Below the pieces are notes generated by a model. The model made no database searches. It was not told the origin of the DNA and saw only the letters and a list, made by a program, of their open reading frames with translations. Shown in pieces: positions 46,376-59,950 of a stretch of 64,000 nucleotides of DNA. A program made the translations under genes and the position numbers. Origin of the DNA: the human T2T-CHM13v2.0 reference genome, Homo sapiens; NCBI RefSeq assembly GCF_009914755.1, contig NC_060945.1; one strand, 5' to 3'. Numbering within the stretch: position 1 is the first letter of the stretch; each line of letters starts with the position of its first letter.

Positions 46376-47067
46376 CATTACATTTTATGGAGGTTCTGTT
46401 TGCTTCTGCACCTTGGTCTAATCCTATGATCAGTTATCACCAAGTTGGTCTCTCTTATGCCACTGTATGTTCCTGAAGGAGAAATAGTTTATTTTTCCTT
46501 GTGCCCCACCTCAAAGGATGATCAACATATTAAGCCAACACTCCAGAATGTACAGGCTTCCAATCAATGCGCTGTCTTGCAAATGGTCCCAGAACTACCC
46601 TCTCTTCAATATACCTCTTTTGACAGAGCTCAGCGTACAGGAAAATCTCCTCAAATGCAGAAATTTGAGTGTGAATTTAATTTTCAGTGCATCAAAAAAT
46701 CATTTAGCACTAGGAAGATAGCCTCTCTGACAGGAACGGTGTGTACCTCTAAAGAATGGGTTCCTTGAGAGGGTAGGAAATGATTCTGAAGGCTTCCAAA
46801 CACGAAAAGCTGCCATGCTGGTTGAAAAAAAATCAGTTATGTTATTTCAGAATTCTACTTTCTGCTTCCTTCCCAATCATACAAGCTACACGACGTTTAA
46901 CTCTGTGTACTAGGCAGTTCTGCAAAGGAACAGGCAGTCCTTGGGTCTGGGTTGAAGACAAGAGCTTAAGTCCAGTCTCTCCAAGCACTGGTTAGCTGCA
47001 TGCAACATGGCACGTTCACGGATGCTGCATTCTGAAGTCAGGATCACTAGCAACAGATACAAAGAGA

Positions 47068-47673
<606 letters not shown>

Positions 47674-48143
47674 TTATCCCAAATTTTTAAATAGAAATTT
47701 TTATTCCCTTCTCTGGAAGAAATATGAAAAGGACCAAAGCAAAGTGGTTTTCACTTGTTTGTTTGCATTTTGGAAGTGAGATTGCCTTATAGATCCTCTT
47801 TCCCAATATTACTATAAATTAAACTGACTTTAAAGTGACCAACTTTCCTACCAAGCTTACCGCACTATCTAAAGGCCTTGTGTTCTAAAAGCAAAAGATC
47901 AAATCGTATGTTTTAAAGAGGAATGGTGCCATTGTTATTATGTGGATGCTCACTATGTGTAGGTTCTGTGTTGAGTTTTACTCAGTCACTCATTTAAACA
48001 ATTTATTTGTTAATGCATCACTTTGTTTATTCACTTAACACCTGTCTTGAGTGCCTGCTATATCTCAGGAACTGTGATAGACATTGGTGGAAACAGAAGT
48101 CAGTGAGATACATGAAGGAGGCTAGTAGTAAAGACAGAAATTA

Positions 48144-48492
<349 letters not shown>

Positions 48493-50629
48493 TTACCAAA
48501 AAGAAAGCACAGAGTGCCACAGGAGTCCTCCAGCATTTGGCTGCACCATCTTTCTATAAGCTTTACAACAACGCTGTTATCATGCCCACTGTGTAGATGG
48601 GGAAACTGAGGGGTGGAGCTTACTTACGGAGTAAGAGTTTGCAAAGCCAAGTTGACCAAACTCTACATGTTCTTACCACTCCATCTCCTTCCTGGCTTGG
48701 AACTTCCATGCTGAAGGTTCCAGATGGACCTTTATTTTAGAGACCTTAGAACTGGCTTAGGTTTACATGCTCCAGAGCTCACTAGAAATGTCAGGGAAGG
48801 CACAGCCATGGGGAAGGGGGTGCACTGTGCCAAGAATTTTGCTTAAGAAGCCAGCTCAACAGTGAAAGGTGATGATCATTTTCAAGTGTTCTTGGTTTTT
48901 CATGTGTCATAAAATTGCACTATTCAGGAATAATCCCAAAATCAAATTAAAAACTTCTATGAAAATATGAAATGGAAAGCTTACTGATGCATGCTTATAA
49001 ACTGGTTACTGTACTTTCTCTGTGGCCTCAGGGCTGGAGGGCTGTGTTTTTTCAGAGGTGACCAGGGACCATCCAAACACAGCCTCCTTCCGCACTTCTC
49101 TTAACCAGCGTAGACTCTTCTGGTCCCATTCAGAGAGTGAATTCCTTCATTATCTGGGAAGGCGTGGTCCCACCTACTTATAGCAATGAGGGGCCACCTT
49201 CATCCTAACCCATAGGGTGCAACTGGCCACAGCCTTGCCTATCCGTATAATGCACAATTGTCATGTTATAACCACGTGGGCCACCCTGGCTTGGGCCATG
49301 TTTCCTCAGCCCCCTGGGAGGGGTGGTGGTCATAATCATGTTCTGCAATCCCAATGAAGGCTCCCCCCCAGTTGGGGAAAAGTCAGCCTGTTTGTTGGGG
49401 CAAGAATAGCCCACATGGGCAGGATATCCCCTCAATGAGGCAGTGGTGCGGCTCCCAGGGGCCCCAGGACAGTAGCCACACTGCCGGCACACACCTCAGA
49501 CTCCAGGCAGCAGCTGCTACCTCCAGGGTTCAGCTCCCAGTTCCCCGGCCCACTCTGTTCTCTCACCCTTCACTTTGCTCCAAGAGAAAGCTTTGTTTCA
49601 TGCCTCAGAAAACTGCTGTGGGCCTGGAAAGCCTTCCAGGCAGAGGCATTCTAATTAGTATTGTGACTTCTCTGGGAAAATCATTTTCCAGGCCTCAAAG
49701 AACCTCTGATGATTCTCTAACTTTTCATGAGGGTCCCTGGGACATCTCAGCCATGAAGCTCGTTCCACTTAGGTTTTTGAATCAGAAATGCAGGAATTTT
49801 CCGCTGGTAGTGGCTGGAGCTTCCTTGAGATGAGTGAAGAGCAAGTGAACTCTCCCGCCTCCCACCATCACCAGCCTGGATCAGGAGGGGAGAAGGAACT
49901 TGCTTGCACATTTTGCAACCAAACCCCATGGTAGAAAAGGGCCCTCGTAGTGGGTCTTAAGATAGATGAAAGGAAAAAAAAAAAAGAGTCCTCGCTTGCT
50001 CCATTTCCCCAGCCACTGCCCATGGATGCCACCGGTTGATCCCTCCACTTACCTATTTAAGTATTGCTCCAGCATTCCCTGTGTGCCAGGCGGAGGTCTC
50101 TGCTGGGGTGCAGTGGTGCACCCTGAAGTCCCGTTCTGGCAGGGGAGACAGAGCATGGACAAATGAGCAGGTGGACCCCGAAATGTCAGGTAGCAATGCT
50201 GAGCCAGAAGGATCAACAGCAGGGGACTGAGGTGTGTGTGGGGGGTGTGTGTGCTAAACAGGGCATCAGGGAAGGGGAAGTAGTCTCTGAGCAGAGATCT
50301 GGTGAAGTCCAGGAGAGTCCCATGAATATCCGTGAGAGGCTTGGTCCAGGCAGAGGGCAGGGAAGGAGCAGGTCCTGAAATGACGTGGGCCTGGCCTGTG
50401 GAAGGAGCACCTGAAGGCTGGCATGGAGGGAGGGACTGGCCGCAGGGAAATTTGACCAGCGGCTCCTTCGTGTGGCGCAGGACTGGCAGCAGGGGACTTT
50501 GACCGGCAGCTCCATCATGGGGCACAATCTTCTAATCTCTGATAAGCGGCCCTTTTCCGTGGAGCTGTCATGGATAAATGTTTTCTGTAGCTATTTGTGG
50601 AGCACTGGGTCCCGTTCCTTTCTACGAGA

Positions 50630-50839
50630 GCGGCCGTTCCCAATTGGGTGTGACTTTGCTCCCTATGGGATATTTGGCAAGTTTGGAGACGTTGTCACAA
50701 CTTGTGTGTGTGTGCAGGGGTGCGCATCCAGTGGATAGAGGCCAAGGGTCCTGTTAAGCATACCACAGTGCACAGGACAGTCTCACAACAAGGAATTATC
50801 CAACCCACAATTTCAAGTGTGCTGAGGTTAAGAACCCTG
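50630..50839 (+). mobile_element. MER20 (hAT-Charlie)
   Basis: ATTTGGCAAGTTTGGAGAC...CATCCAGTGGATAGAGGCCAAGG...GCTGAGGTTAAGAACCCTG. Confidence 0.88.
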
Positions 50840-52499
50840 AAACCAAACAGGAGTGTCAGCGAGCACAGGGAAGGTTGCACGTTTTGACTGACAGTCACTG
50901 GTACCAGGCTCTGGAGGGCCTTGTGGGGTGATGGAAGGTATATGGGGAAGAGGTGCTCGGCCTCTGCAAATCCTTCTCCCATGGGAGAGAAGTTTGCATG
51001 GCTCACAGGTGAGACCCATCCCCACAGTGACCGGGACAGAGCAGACCACTGCCTGGGCCACTGCCTCGGCCTCTCGTACAGTTTAGCAAAGACCAATTTC
51101 AGAGCCTGAGACCATGAGCTCTGGCCTAGGATGGATGGATGGATGCTTTCACTTTCTTGACAGGTATCTCCAAGACCCAAGGCCATGGCTAGCCCATCTC
51201 ACAGTGGTGCTCACTGGGCTAAGCAATTTGCGCACATTGACTTATGATCTGCCCTCTGCTACAGCCTATTTTCTACATGGTAGTGCTAAGCAGTGAGCAG
51301 GTACGTTCCTGGTGCAGGGTGTTTGCCTTTGCTGTGATCTCATCTGCCTGGAATGCTCCCTCCTCATTTCTGCCCTTTCACCATGGGGGGTCTCAGCTGG
51401 AACACTGTCCCCATGCAGAGGCCCTTAGCCCTCCAATTCGTTTCCCTTATCCTTGTTTTTATACCACTTACTAGCCTAATTGAAAACAAGCTGCTCAAAT
51501 GAAGAAGTCATTGTAGTATAATTAAATTACTCTGGTCTTGGAAACAAAAAATGGAGGACCCTCCTCCCAAGGACAATTTCAGGGAAGAAGCTTCCAGCTC
51601 CACCACCAGCACCCAAAGCTGAAATTCTACCTGAACGATTCCCTGATTTTTATACTTGGAGCGCAATAAGTGTATTTTAACTGTTTACATTTAACATATA
51701 AATGTAATTTATATGTCGGTATTGACATGTATCCAGGCTTGGCTTCTGTGGCCCCTGCTGAGACTGGCCCCCTGCCCCTCAGAGCAGAGCTCTAAGTCTC
51801 AGTCTCCCAGGGCCCTTTCTCTGGGTCCTGCACCCTCCTCCCCCACCACCTTTATTAAAAAAACACCTGCCCCATGTCATAGCCCCTCAGGTGCCGGCTC
51901 AATTGAGGTGTCCGTAGCTGGACAGAGGTCTGATGTGCTTCTTGGTGCAGGACGTGCTGGGTGGGAAAGGAGGAAAGGGTGGGAAGGGAGTGGGGGGAAC
52001 AGCAACCGGGGACTGGGAGGGAGAGGGCAGGGGGCACCCCGGAAGGCAGGCAGGCTCACCTCCTGTCCCCTCTGGGCTGGTACCCACCCCACTTGATGCT
52101 GCCTGAGGCGGCATCCTGTCTGGCCCTGCTCAGCTGTGAGTGTGCCAGGCCCGTATGGTTACCCCAGGAAACGGGAGCTGCACAAAGCCACGTGCAGAAT
52201 CGCGTGGGAGTTTAATAATCCCGGCTGGTGATTGCTGCCCCACGGCTGCGTTCCTCTCCATCAGACCCCTCATAGGCTTCCCTCCAACCCGACGCTCAAG
52301 CTTCCGAGGCCTGTCCGTTCTCTGAAGCGATTCTACACCTTTTAGGCTCTGGACTCCATGTTCCTAATTTGTTTTTGGAGCGGGGGGTCTCTCCTCACTT
52401 CCCTATTAGCTCACGTCATCTTTGTGCAAGAAGGATCACATGTCAGCCGTGGGGAAGAAAGGGCTGGCACTGCTCTGAAGCTGCTGAAGTTATGACATT

Positions 52500-52605
52500 A
52501 AGGAAAATAAGCCAGCTTCATTGGGCTTGGGGTAGGCGCCTGAGCATTGGGACTTTTAAGAGTTTCCCAAGAGATTTTACTGCAGCCAGGGTTGAAGATC
52601 ACTGA
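52500..52605. mobile_element. MER5A fragment
   Basis: TTTTAAGAGTTTCCCAAGAGATTTTACTGCAGCCAGGGTTGAAGATCACTG. Confidence 0.65.
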
Positions 52606-53149
52606 ATTGAATGATATGTTCTCAATCCCTTAAAAAATGTATATTTGTCTACATAAATATATATCTATTTTTCCTGCCAGAGAAAGGTGGGGTCCCACTG
52701 GCTTCAGCTCCTGCGACCCCTCCCCCACCCCCGCACTATGGCTGTGGTACATCAGTATTCATTTACCTGGGGGCCGCCTGTGGCTGTGTGACCCAGGACA
52801 GGCCCTCTGACTTCTCTGTGCCGGAGTCGTCTCATCCGTGAAATGGGAATCGTCAAGGCATCTACTTCACTGGGTCGTCACTGCGCAGTCCCATAGCGCC
52901 CCACGCCTTGCATGACTTTGGCTCATTCCTCATAATCAGGCCTTTTGCTTAGCATCTCTTTTTAAAAACATCTGGTTGTGGTGGTGGTGGGGGGCGGTGT
53001 TCTTTCCGGGGGCATCTGGGGTTTGAGAAGCGAAGGACCCCACAGCCTTCCCTCTCCTGTGAGTGTTTTCAAAGTTAACTTTGGGACGGTTCTCCCGGAG
53101 GGCCAGACAGAAACTCAAAGAACCGGCCTCAGGGGATCTGAGCAAATTC

Positions 53150-53690
53150 CACCGTCGTCAATTCCTGGTGCTCCGTGAAAGATGCTCTTTCCCTCGGGGC
53201 TTCGGAGCCGGAGCATTTGTAGACAGTTCCTGCCTCTTCACTCGGCTGCCGGCCTGGGGGTCCCGTCGCCTCCCGGAGCCGCCCGCCGCGTCCCCCAGCC
53301 CGCGCCGCCCTGCGCGGCCCGCCGGCCTCCTCACCTATCAGATTTCCTGTGCGCATCGCCGCGCGCTCCTCCCACCTCCTAAATGCGGAGCGGAGCGGGG
53401 AGCAAAACCATCCTCGGCCTGGACCCAGCGCCTCCGGGGACCGGCCGCGCGCCCCCTGCGTCCGCGGGCCGGGATGCGGCTCTGAGCCAGCGGCGGCTTC
53501 CAGCCCGACTGGGCCTGCCGGGGCTGCCCCGCGCACGGTAAGGCCCGGGGCTGGGGCGCGGGGCGCGGGGCGCGGGGAGCGCTGGCCGGGAGCGGGGGGC
53601 CGGGTCCTGCGGCGCGCGGGGGCGTGGGTGCCGGGCGCAGGGGACCGCGGCGCGGCCGCGCACTGCAGGCGTGCTCTTCTGTTTTCTCCT
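53150..53690. promoter_or_regulatory. CpG island promoter
   Basis: Abrupt very GC- and CpG-dense segment in an otherwise CpG-depleted window; not repeat-derived. Confidence 0.92.
53380..53537 (+). other. Putative first exon of an unidentified + strand gene (start approximate; donor ACG|GTAAGG)
   Basis: Strong 5' splice site inside the island, C-rich to G-rich skew switch, G-runs just downstream as typical of first introns. Confidence 0.7.
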
Positions 53691-54135
53691 TCGTTCCTTT
53701 TAAATGAAGGGAAAGAAAATTGTTACAGACCAAATGTCATCAAACTTGGTGTGAAAACATACTCATTTATAAAGTCTTATCGCTACTCACGCCACGCCCC
53801 GAGGAAGTTGTGTTCCTGGGTGGGCACGGTGCGGACACAAGACTTAGGGAATCAGCACTGGATGGAAACATCGCACAATTAAAAAGAATGGCCTAATCTT
53901 AAGCAACAACAACAAAACAAACTCTGAAGCACCCTGCGGCAGGCAGCTTCTGCATCGTGGGGGTTGTGGAAGGGGCTGATGGGCAGGATCATGAGAAAGA
54001 CAGCTTTTCATTAAGAGATGACACCAGGGGTTTTGACTTTGGGAGGACCAGAAGGGAGTCTGTAGGTCATTGCTAAATACAGTGAGGTACCTTAAGACTC
54101 AGTAATGAACATTATTTTAAAAACAATATCTGTAC

Positions 54136-54213
54136 CGTGTGTGTGTGTGTGAGTGCGTGTGTGTGTGCGCGCGTATGTGTGCGCATGTGCACGTGTGTTC
54201 TCACACACACCGC
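54136..54213. repeat. Alternating purine-pyrimidine (TG/CG/CA) tract
   Basis: Direct reading. Confidence 0.9.
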
Positions 54214-56064
54214 ACCATAATTTTCCTTCGTGGTTTTGTTTCGTTTTTTGTTTAGGTTTCTGACTCTTGAGGGATAAATACAGCTTCCAAATAATAGCAA
54301 CTGAATCTGCAGTAATCAGATGTTGGAAAATTATTTTTCACTGGTCCTTTATGTTAGCATAGCAAACTTAAGTCTTTGTTATATGTGGCCACCTATTGTA
54401 AATATTAACATTACTTCTCATCTCCACATCTTCCTCATTTACTATTTTTGTCTTTTTCAAAGAGATGGAGATGGAGGAGGAGTAGAATTTAATGAAGATA
54501 CAGATCTGGGGAAGTGTCATGTTTCGTTGGGTGCTTGGGGTAGGCAGTGGCTGCTGTTGAGAGTATTTTACAGATGTAGGAAGTCTTCGGAGGGGCATTT
54601 CTAGGTAAATGCATGCTGATTCTGCCCATCTTTACATGTACCTTTTGTGGTGTTTCCTCTTTAAAACAGCTGCGTGTAATATGCAAATTTGGTTTCAAAG
54701 GGAGAATTTTATATCTTTTAAGGAATGATTGCATGTGTATTAAGTCTTGTTTCCTATCTCCTTTCATTTTTTCCTTCTCTTTTAAAGTCAGTTCGTCTTA
54801 AGTAGTTTCTTTGTTAGGTAAATTTAATAATAATAAAAATCTGACGTGTTCAGGAAGGAGCTCAGTGTGAGGCCCATGGACGTTACCTCCTGGAGATGCA
54901 AATCGGAAAGAGATGTTTCACTATGCTGTCACCTCAGAAGATTGACAAGGACAAGGTTGTCTTTGCAAAGGTTCTTCCAGACAAGGGCATCCCTTCTTTT
55001 GTAGGATTTCTAAGTAGGTACTTTGAATAAACAAGGGCCACCTTTAATAGTTGGTTTTATGAGATTCTGCATACCTCACCATGGCCAAACTTCTCCACAC
55101 GGATGGTAACCTTCATCCATGCAGCAGAGGACACGAAGGTGTAGCCCTCCCTCCTCTGTCCCTGGACAGCTACAGATTCAGGCCAGTTCAGACGGGTCCA
55201 AGAAGAGTTTCAGGGTCTCCATCTTGTCCTTCCTGGGCATGGAACTGAGCCCAGTACTGGCATCCCAGGGGATGCCCCCCATGCATGCTTGTCCATTTAA
55301 CTGGGCGTCTGATCAGATTTCTGCTTGGTTTTCTGCCAGGCCTAGAGCCTGATCCTGAATCCTGGTTACAGTGACTTTGAAAAGCTGCCTGGGCTTTATC
55401 AGCCTCTCTCCCCGGGTGACCGGGATACTGATGAGGATGGAGTCCCTCCTTGTACCTGACAGACGTCTGTCTCCCTGACTATAACAGCCTTGTTCCTGGG
55501 TCCCACCCAAGCTTCGTGGCCCTGCATAAACCCAGGTTTGCAGCCTGTGTTCATTGCTCTTCTGTCGACCTTTCTCCTCCTACTGCTTACTTTCCTCTGC
55601 TGCCCCTTCCTGCTCCCAGGTAAGTCCTTGGACTTGGTGAGGGCTCCCGTATTCCTTGTTAATTCCAGTTTCTTCTCTTTTGCCTTGGCCTGAGGATAGG
55701 GTTCCATCAAGCTTTGTGGCTGACCTCTTCCGAGTTTTGACAACACTTCTTTGCCCGTGGAAGGAGGGAGTTAACTGACCCTGTGTCTGAAGATGAAAGG
55801 TGAAGGGGTGGGTAAGATGATTTATAGAGATTTTGAGAACTAACATGGCCTTCAGTTGAAAACCAGAATTAGGAGCTCTGAGTATCGTGCAGGTGCAGTG
55901 AGATTCATTTGAAAAACAAAACAACCGGAATTTTTATATCTAATTTTGAACATCATCCCCACATCCTTAATAGAAGACATCGGAGCCAGAAGTCGTTTGG
56001 GACCAAGTTGGGTAAACAGAGTGGCTGATCATTCATTCACGCATTGAATAAATATTCTTGCAGA

Positions 56065-56318
56065 GATAAATAGCTCAGGCTCTGCAGCCAGATGACTGGT
56101 TGCAAATCCCAGCTTTGACAGGTACTTGTTATATGACCTTCGGCAAGTTACTTAATTTCCCTATGCCTCAGTTTCGTTAATTGAAATTGAAGAGAATAAT
56201 AGTACTTATTTCATAGGGGTGGTTGTGAGGATTACGTGGTTCTGTATATAATAAAGAACAATAGAACAGTGCCAGGTATATACATGCTACTTAAGTTATA
56301 GCTATTGTTGTTATTATG
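56065..56318 (+). mobile_element. MIR (near full length)
   Basis: GGCTCTGCAGCCAGA...GACCTTCGGCAAGTTACTTAATTTCCCTATGCCTCAGTTTC. Confidence 0.85.
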
Positions 56319-56587
56319 ACTTCTTGTTGTGTGCCAAGCACTTTACCATGCTGAGTAATAATTGTTTTGGATCAAGAATGAGGTATGGAAAGAAGGAAAC
56401 AAAACTAGTTGTTTCTTATTGAATTTTAAAAAATAATATGATTTGAAAAGTAATTCCCAAAAAGTTGTGAGAAGAATATTGTGAGCAAGGGCAGAATTAT
56501 TTTTATAAGATGACTAACATCAGGGGAACAATATTTAGTTTGTTATTTAAATTTTGGTCCCTGTCTTTTTTTTTGTTTAAGCTGTAG

Positions 56588-56668
56588 ACACAGGCAGGAG
56601 CATTGCTTGAGTCCAGAAGTTTGAGACCAGCCTGGACAACATAGCAAGACCCCGTCTCTGAAAATGAA
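56588..56668 (+). mobile_element. Alu left-monomer fragment
   Basis: GGCAGGAG.ATTGCTTGAGTCCAGAAGTTTGAGACCAGCCTGG. Confidence 0.8.
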
Positions 56669-57775
56669 AGAGCTCTGATTTTTTATAATTATTGGAAACC
56701 ATTCCTCAGTGTTCCTATTCACGTTTGCAATGCTCTCTCTCTTTTTCTTACTGTTTCTAATTTATTCATTTTTCCATAGAGGTGTTTTGGTGATCACTGT
56801 GCTTCCTAAACTCTGCAAGTTCCCTTTTTAATCTCGTTCCGTCTCCTTGTCATTGCTTGTGGCTCTGTTTTGTTGATTTCCTGTTCTTAGTTTCTTGTAG
56901 CAATAAATCATTTACTGTGAAAACTTTTAATCCACTGCTGGGAGTATATTTTCTTCCAGACTGTGGCTTCTTCACTTGTCTTTTGCACATTTCCTTTTGT
57001 TTCATTTCCTCCTTCCTTTCTGTGGTATTTATGCATATTTGCTCTGCCATTTCTTTATTTGTCAAGCATATTTAACAAGGGCAGGTTCAGCTGAACCTTT
57101 AGATAACAATTTTTTGAATTGTCCTCGATTGCTTCTCTCCTATGTGAACATCGTTTCCTTCCCAGAGCTTCCTTTGGTGTCCTGGAGATACAGTTTATCA
57201 GCTTTTCTGTGGCCTGAGGATATGAAGGAGCAGAAGCAGTGGGAATGATGGATAATCATGATTGGTGGATTTAGTCTCTATTCATTTTGATTAAATTTAT
57301 TAAAATTTATAGTTTTATTAAAAGTTGCTCTCAGGATACACTCAGGTTTTGGATTGCCCCCAAATTCAGGATGTAACTTGGAGGCATTACATTTTTTATT
57401 TTTCAAATTTTGAAGTATTTCAAACATGCAGAAGTGAAATAATAATAGAAAAAGCATGTGTGAGTCCACATCCCAGCTCTATTGTGTCCTAACACTTGGC
57501 CATACTTGCTTAGATGTAGAAGACAATAGGAAAGCATTGTTGAAGCTCCCTCTGTCCCCTCCCTAGTTCTCCCCATCTCCTTTCATCCCTTCTCACTATC
57601 CTGAATTATTACTGTCTTTTCCATGTGTGTTTCCACATCACTTCTATGTATAAATCTGTGATTAATTATGGTATTGACTTCAATATTTCAAGCTCTCTAA
57701 AATGGTTTCGTATGGTCCTACTGAAGCTCTTTTTGATTCATTGTTTTCAATATTTATCCATGTTGAGACATAGCT

Positions 57776-58134
57776 TGTATTACTCCATTTTCACACTGCT
57801 ATAAAGAACTTCCAGAGACTGGGTAATTTATAAAGGAAAGAGGTTTAATTGATTCACAGTTCTGCATGGCTGGGGAGGCCTCAGGAAACTTACAATCATG
57901 GCGGAAGGGGAGGCAGGCATGTCTTACATGGCCTGAGAGAGCAAGTGAGAGAACATGTGAGCGTGTGGGAAAAACTACCATTTATAAAACCATCAGATCT
58001 CATGAGAATTCTCTCACTATCAGGAGAACAACATGGGGGAACTGCCTTTTAATCCAATCACTTCCCTCCCTCGACACTTGAGGATTACAGCCGGAGATGA
58101 GATTTGGGTGGGGACACAGAGTTAAACCATATCA
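57776..58134 (-). mobile_element. MSTA/THE1D-type MaLR solo LTR
   Basis: TG...CA ends; TSD TAGCT/CAGCT. Confidence 0.9.
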
Positions 58135-58145
58135 CAGCTGTAGTT

Positions 58146-58335
58146 CAAGCTTGTCCAACCTGCAGCCCAGGACGGCTTTGAATGTGGCCCCAAACAAATT
58201 CATAAACTTTTTAAAAACTTTGAGATTTTTTTAAAAGCTCATCAGCTATCGTTAGTGTTAGCGTAGTTTATGTGTGGCCCAAGACAATTCTTCTTCTAAT
58301 GTGGCCCAGGGAAGCCAGAAGATCGGATACCTCTG
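58146..58335 (-). mobile_element. MER30 (hAT-Charlie)
   Basis: CAAGCTTGTCCAACC...TATGTGTGGCCCAAGACAATTCTTCTTC...GGCCCAGGGAAGCC. Confidence 0.88.
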
Positions 58336-58375
58336 TGGGTGTAGTTCATTCATTTTCATTGCTATGTAAAATGGT

Positions 58376-58640
58376 AGGCTGAGGTGGGAGGATCTCTTGA
58401 GCCCAAGAGTTTGATACCAGCCTGGGCAACATAGCGAATCCTCATCTCTATGAAAAAAATAAATAAATAAAAAATAAAAAATTAGCCAAGCGTGGTGGCA
58501 TGCACCTGTAGTCCTAGATACTTGGGAGGCTGAGATGGGAGGATTGCTTGGGTCCAGGAGTTTGGGGATGCAGTGAGCCATGATCAATCCAATGCACTCT
58601 AGCATGGGCAACAGAGCAAGACCTTGTCTCTTAAAAAAAA
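58376..58640 (+). mobile_element. 5'-truncated AluJ
   Basis: Alu consensus starting at AGGCTGAGGTGGGAGG. Confidence 0.88.
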
Positions 58641-59587
58641 TTATATTGTAGGATTGTACTACAATTGGCTCAGCTATTGTTTTGTTAATGGACGTTTAGA
58701 TGATTTTCATTTTTCATATAAAAATGCTATAATAAACATTCTTATACATATCTCCTTTGCATACATGTTAGAGTGTACTTTAGAGTACATACCTAGAAAA
58801 GATGCATTGGGTGAAAAAGCATCTTTCCTAGATACTGAAGAATGTTTTCCAAGGGATTTGTACCAATTTATGCTCCTACATACTATACCTCTAACTCAGT
58901 TCCTGTTTTTCCACAGCTTCCCCAACCCTTAGAATTATTGGATTTTTAAATTTTTGTTATTGTCATGAGTATGAAGTAGAATCTCAGTGTTTTAAGATGC
59001 ATTTTCCTGATTCTAGTAAAACTAATCATCTGTTTGTATATTATGTATCTCAGCCATTTGGATTTCCTCTTCTGTGAATGGCCTGTTCATGTATTTTGAT
59101 CATTTTTCATTTGGAATGTCTTTTTCTTATAGATTTATAGAAGCTCATTTAGAAATTCTAGATCCTTAATTTTAGTAATATACATTGCAAATATCTACTC
59201 CGTCTGTGTCTTGTATTTTTACATTTTATTGAACAATAGGTTTTCATTTTTAATTTGGTGAAATTTACCACTTTTTTTTAATGGTTTGTGCTTTCTCTTA
59301 AGAAGAAGCTTTTCATCTTATGAAATTCTTCCCCACTCTAAGGCTATAAAGATTGTCTCATATACTGTATTTCTTGCTAAAAGCCTTCAAGTTTTGCTTT
59401 TCACATTTAGGTTTTTAATCCTCCTTGGATTTATTTTTGATATGTTGTGAGTTAGGGATTCAAATTCAATTTTTTCAAATGAATAGTCAGTCCTAGGTTG
59501 TTAATTCAGTACTCCTTTTTCTGGTGATTTGTAATACCATTTGTAATACCATACTTGTGTAGATCTGTTTTGAGGCTATTTATTCTA

Positions 59588-59950
59588 TTTTATGGTCTGC
59601 TTGGGCTGCCATAATGAGATACCATAGACTGGATGGCTAAACAACATAAAATTATTTTCTCACGGTTCTGGAGGCTGGAAGTCTGAGATCAAAGGTGCCA
59701 GCCTGATCAGGTTCTGGTGAGGACCCTCTTCAGGGATGCAGATACATCCTAAAGATTCTGTCTGTGTCCTTACATGCAGAAAGAGATTCCTTTCTTCTTA
59801 TGAGGCCACCAACCCTATTGAATTAGGATCCCACCCTATGACCTCATTTAACCTTAATTACTTCCTCAAAGCTTTGTCTCCAAATACAGTCACATTGGGG
59901 TTAGAGCTTTAACACATGAACTTTGGGTGGACACAATTCCGTCCATAGCA
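59588..59950 (-). mobile_element. MLT1A-type LTR
   Basis: GGGCTGCCATAA...GTTCTGGAGGCTGGAAGTCTGAGATCAA...GTCCATAGCA. Confidence 0.85.

Noticed and set aside
53150-53690. Gene identity of the CpG-island promoter
   Set aside because: I do not recognise the exon and no coding exon is in the window; a BLAT search is required
53063-53882. Multiple overlapping ORFs on both strands
   Set aside because: Expected in CpG islands from stop-codon depletion; the longest runs through the splice donor
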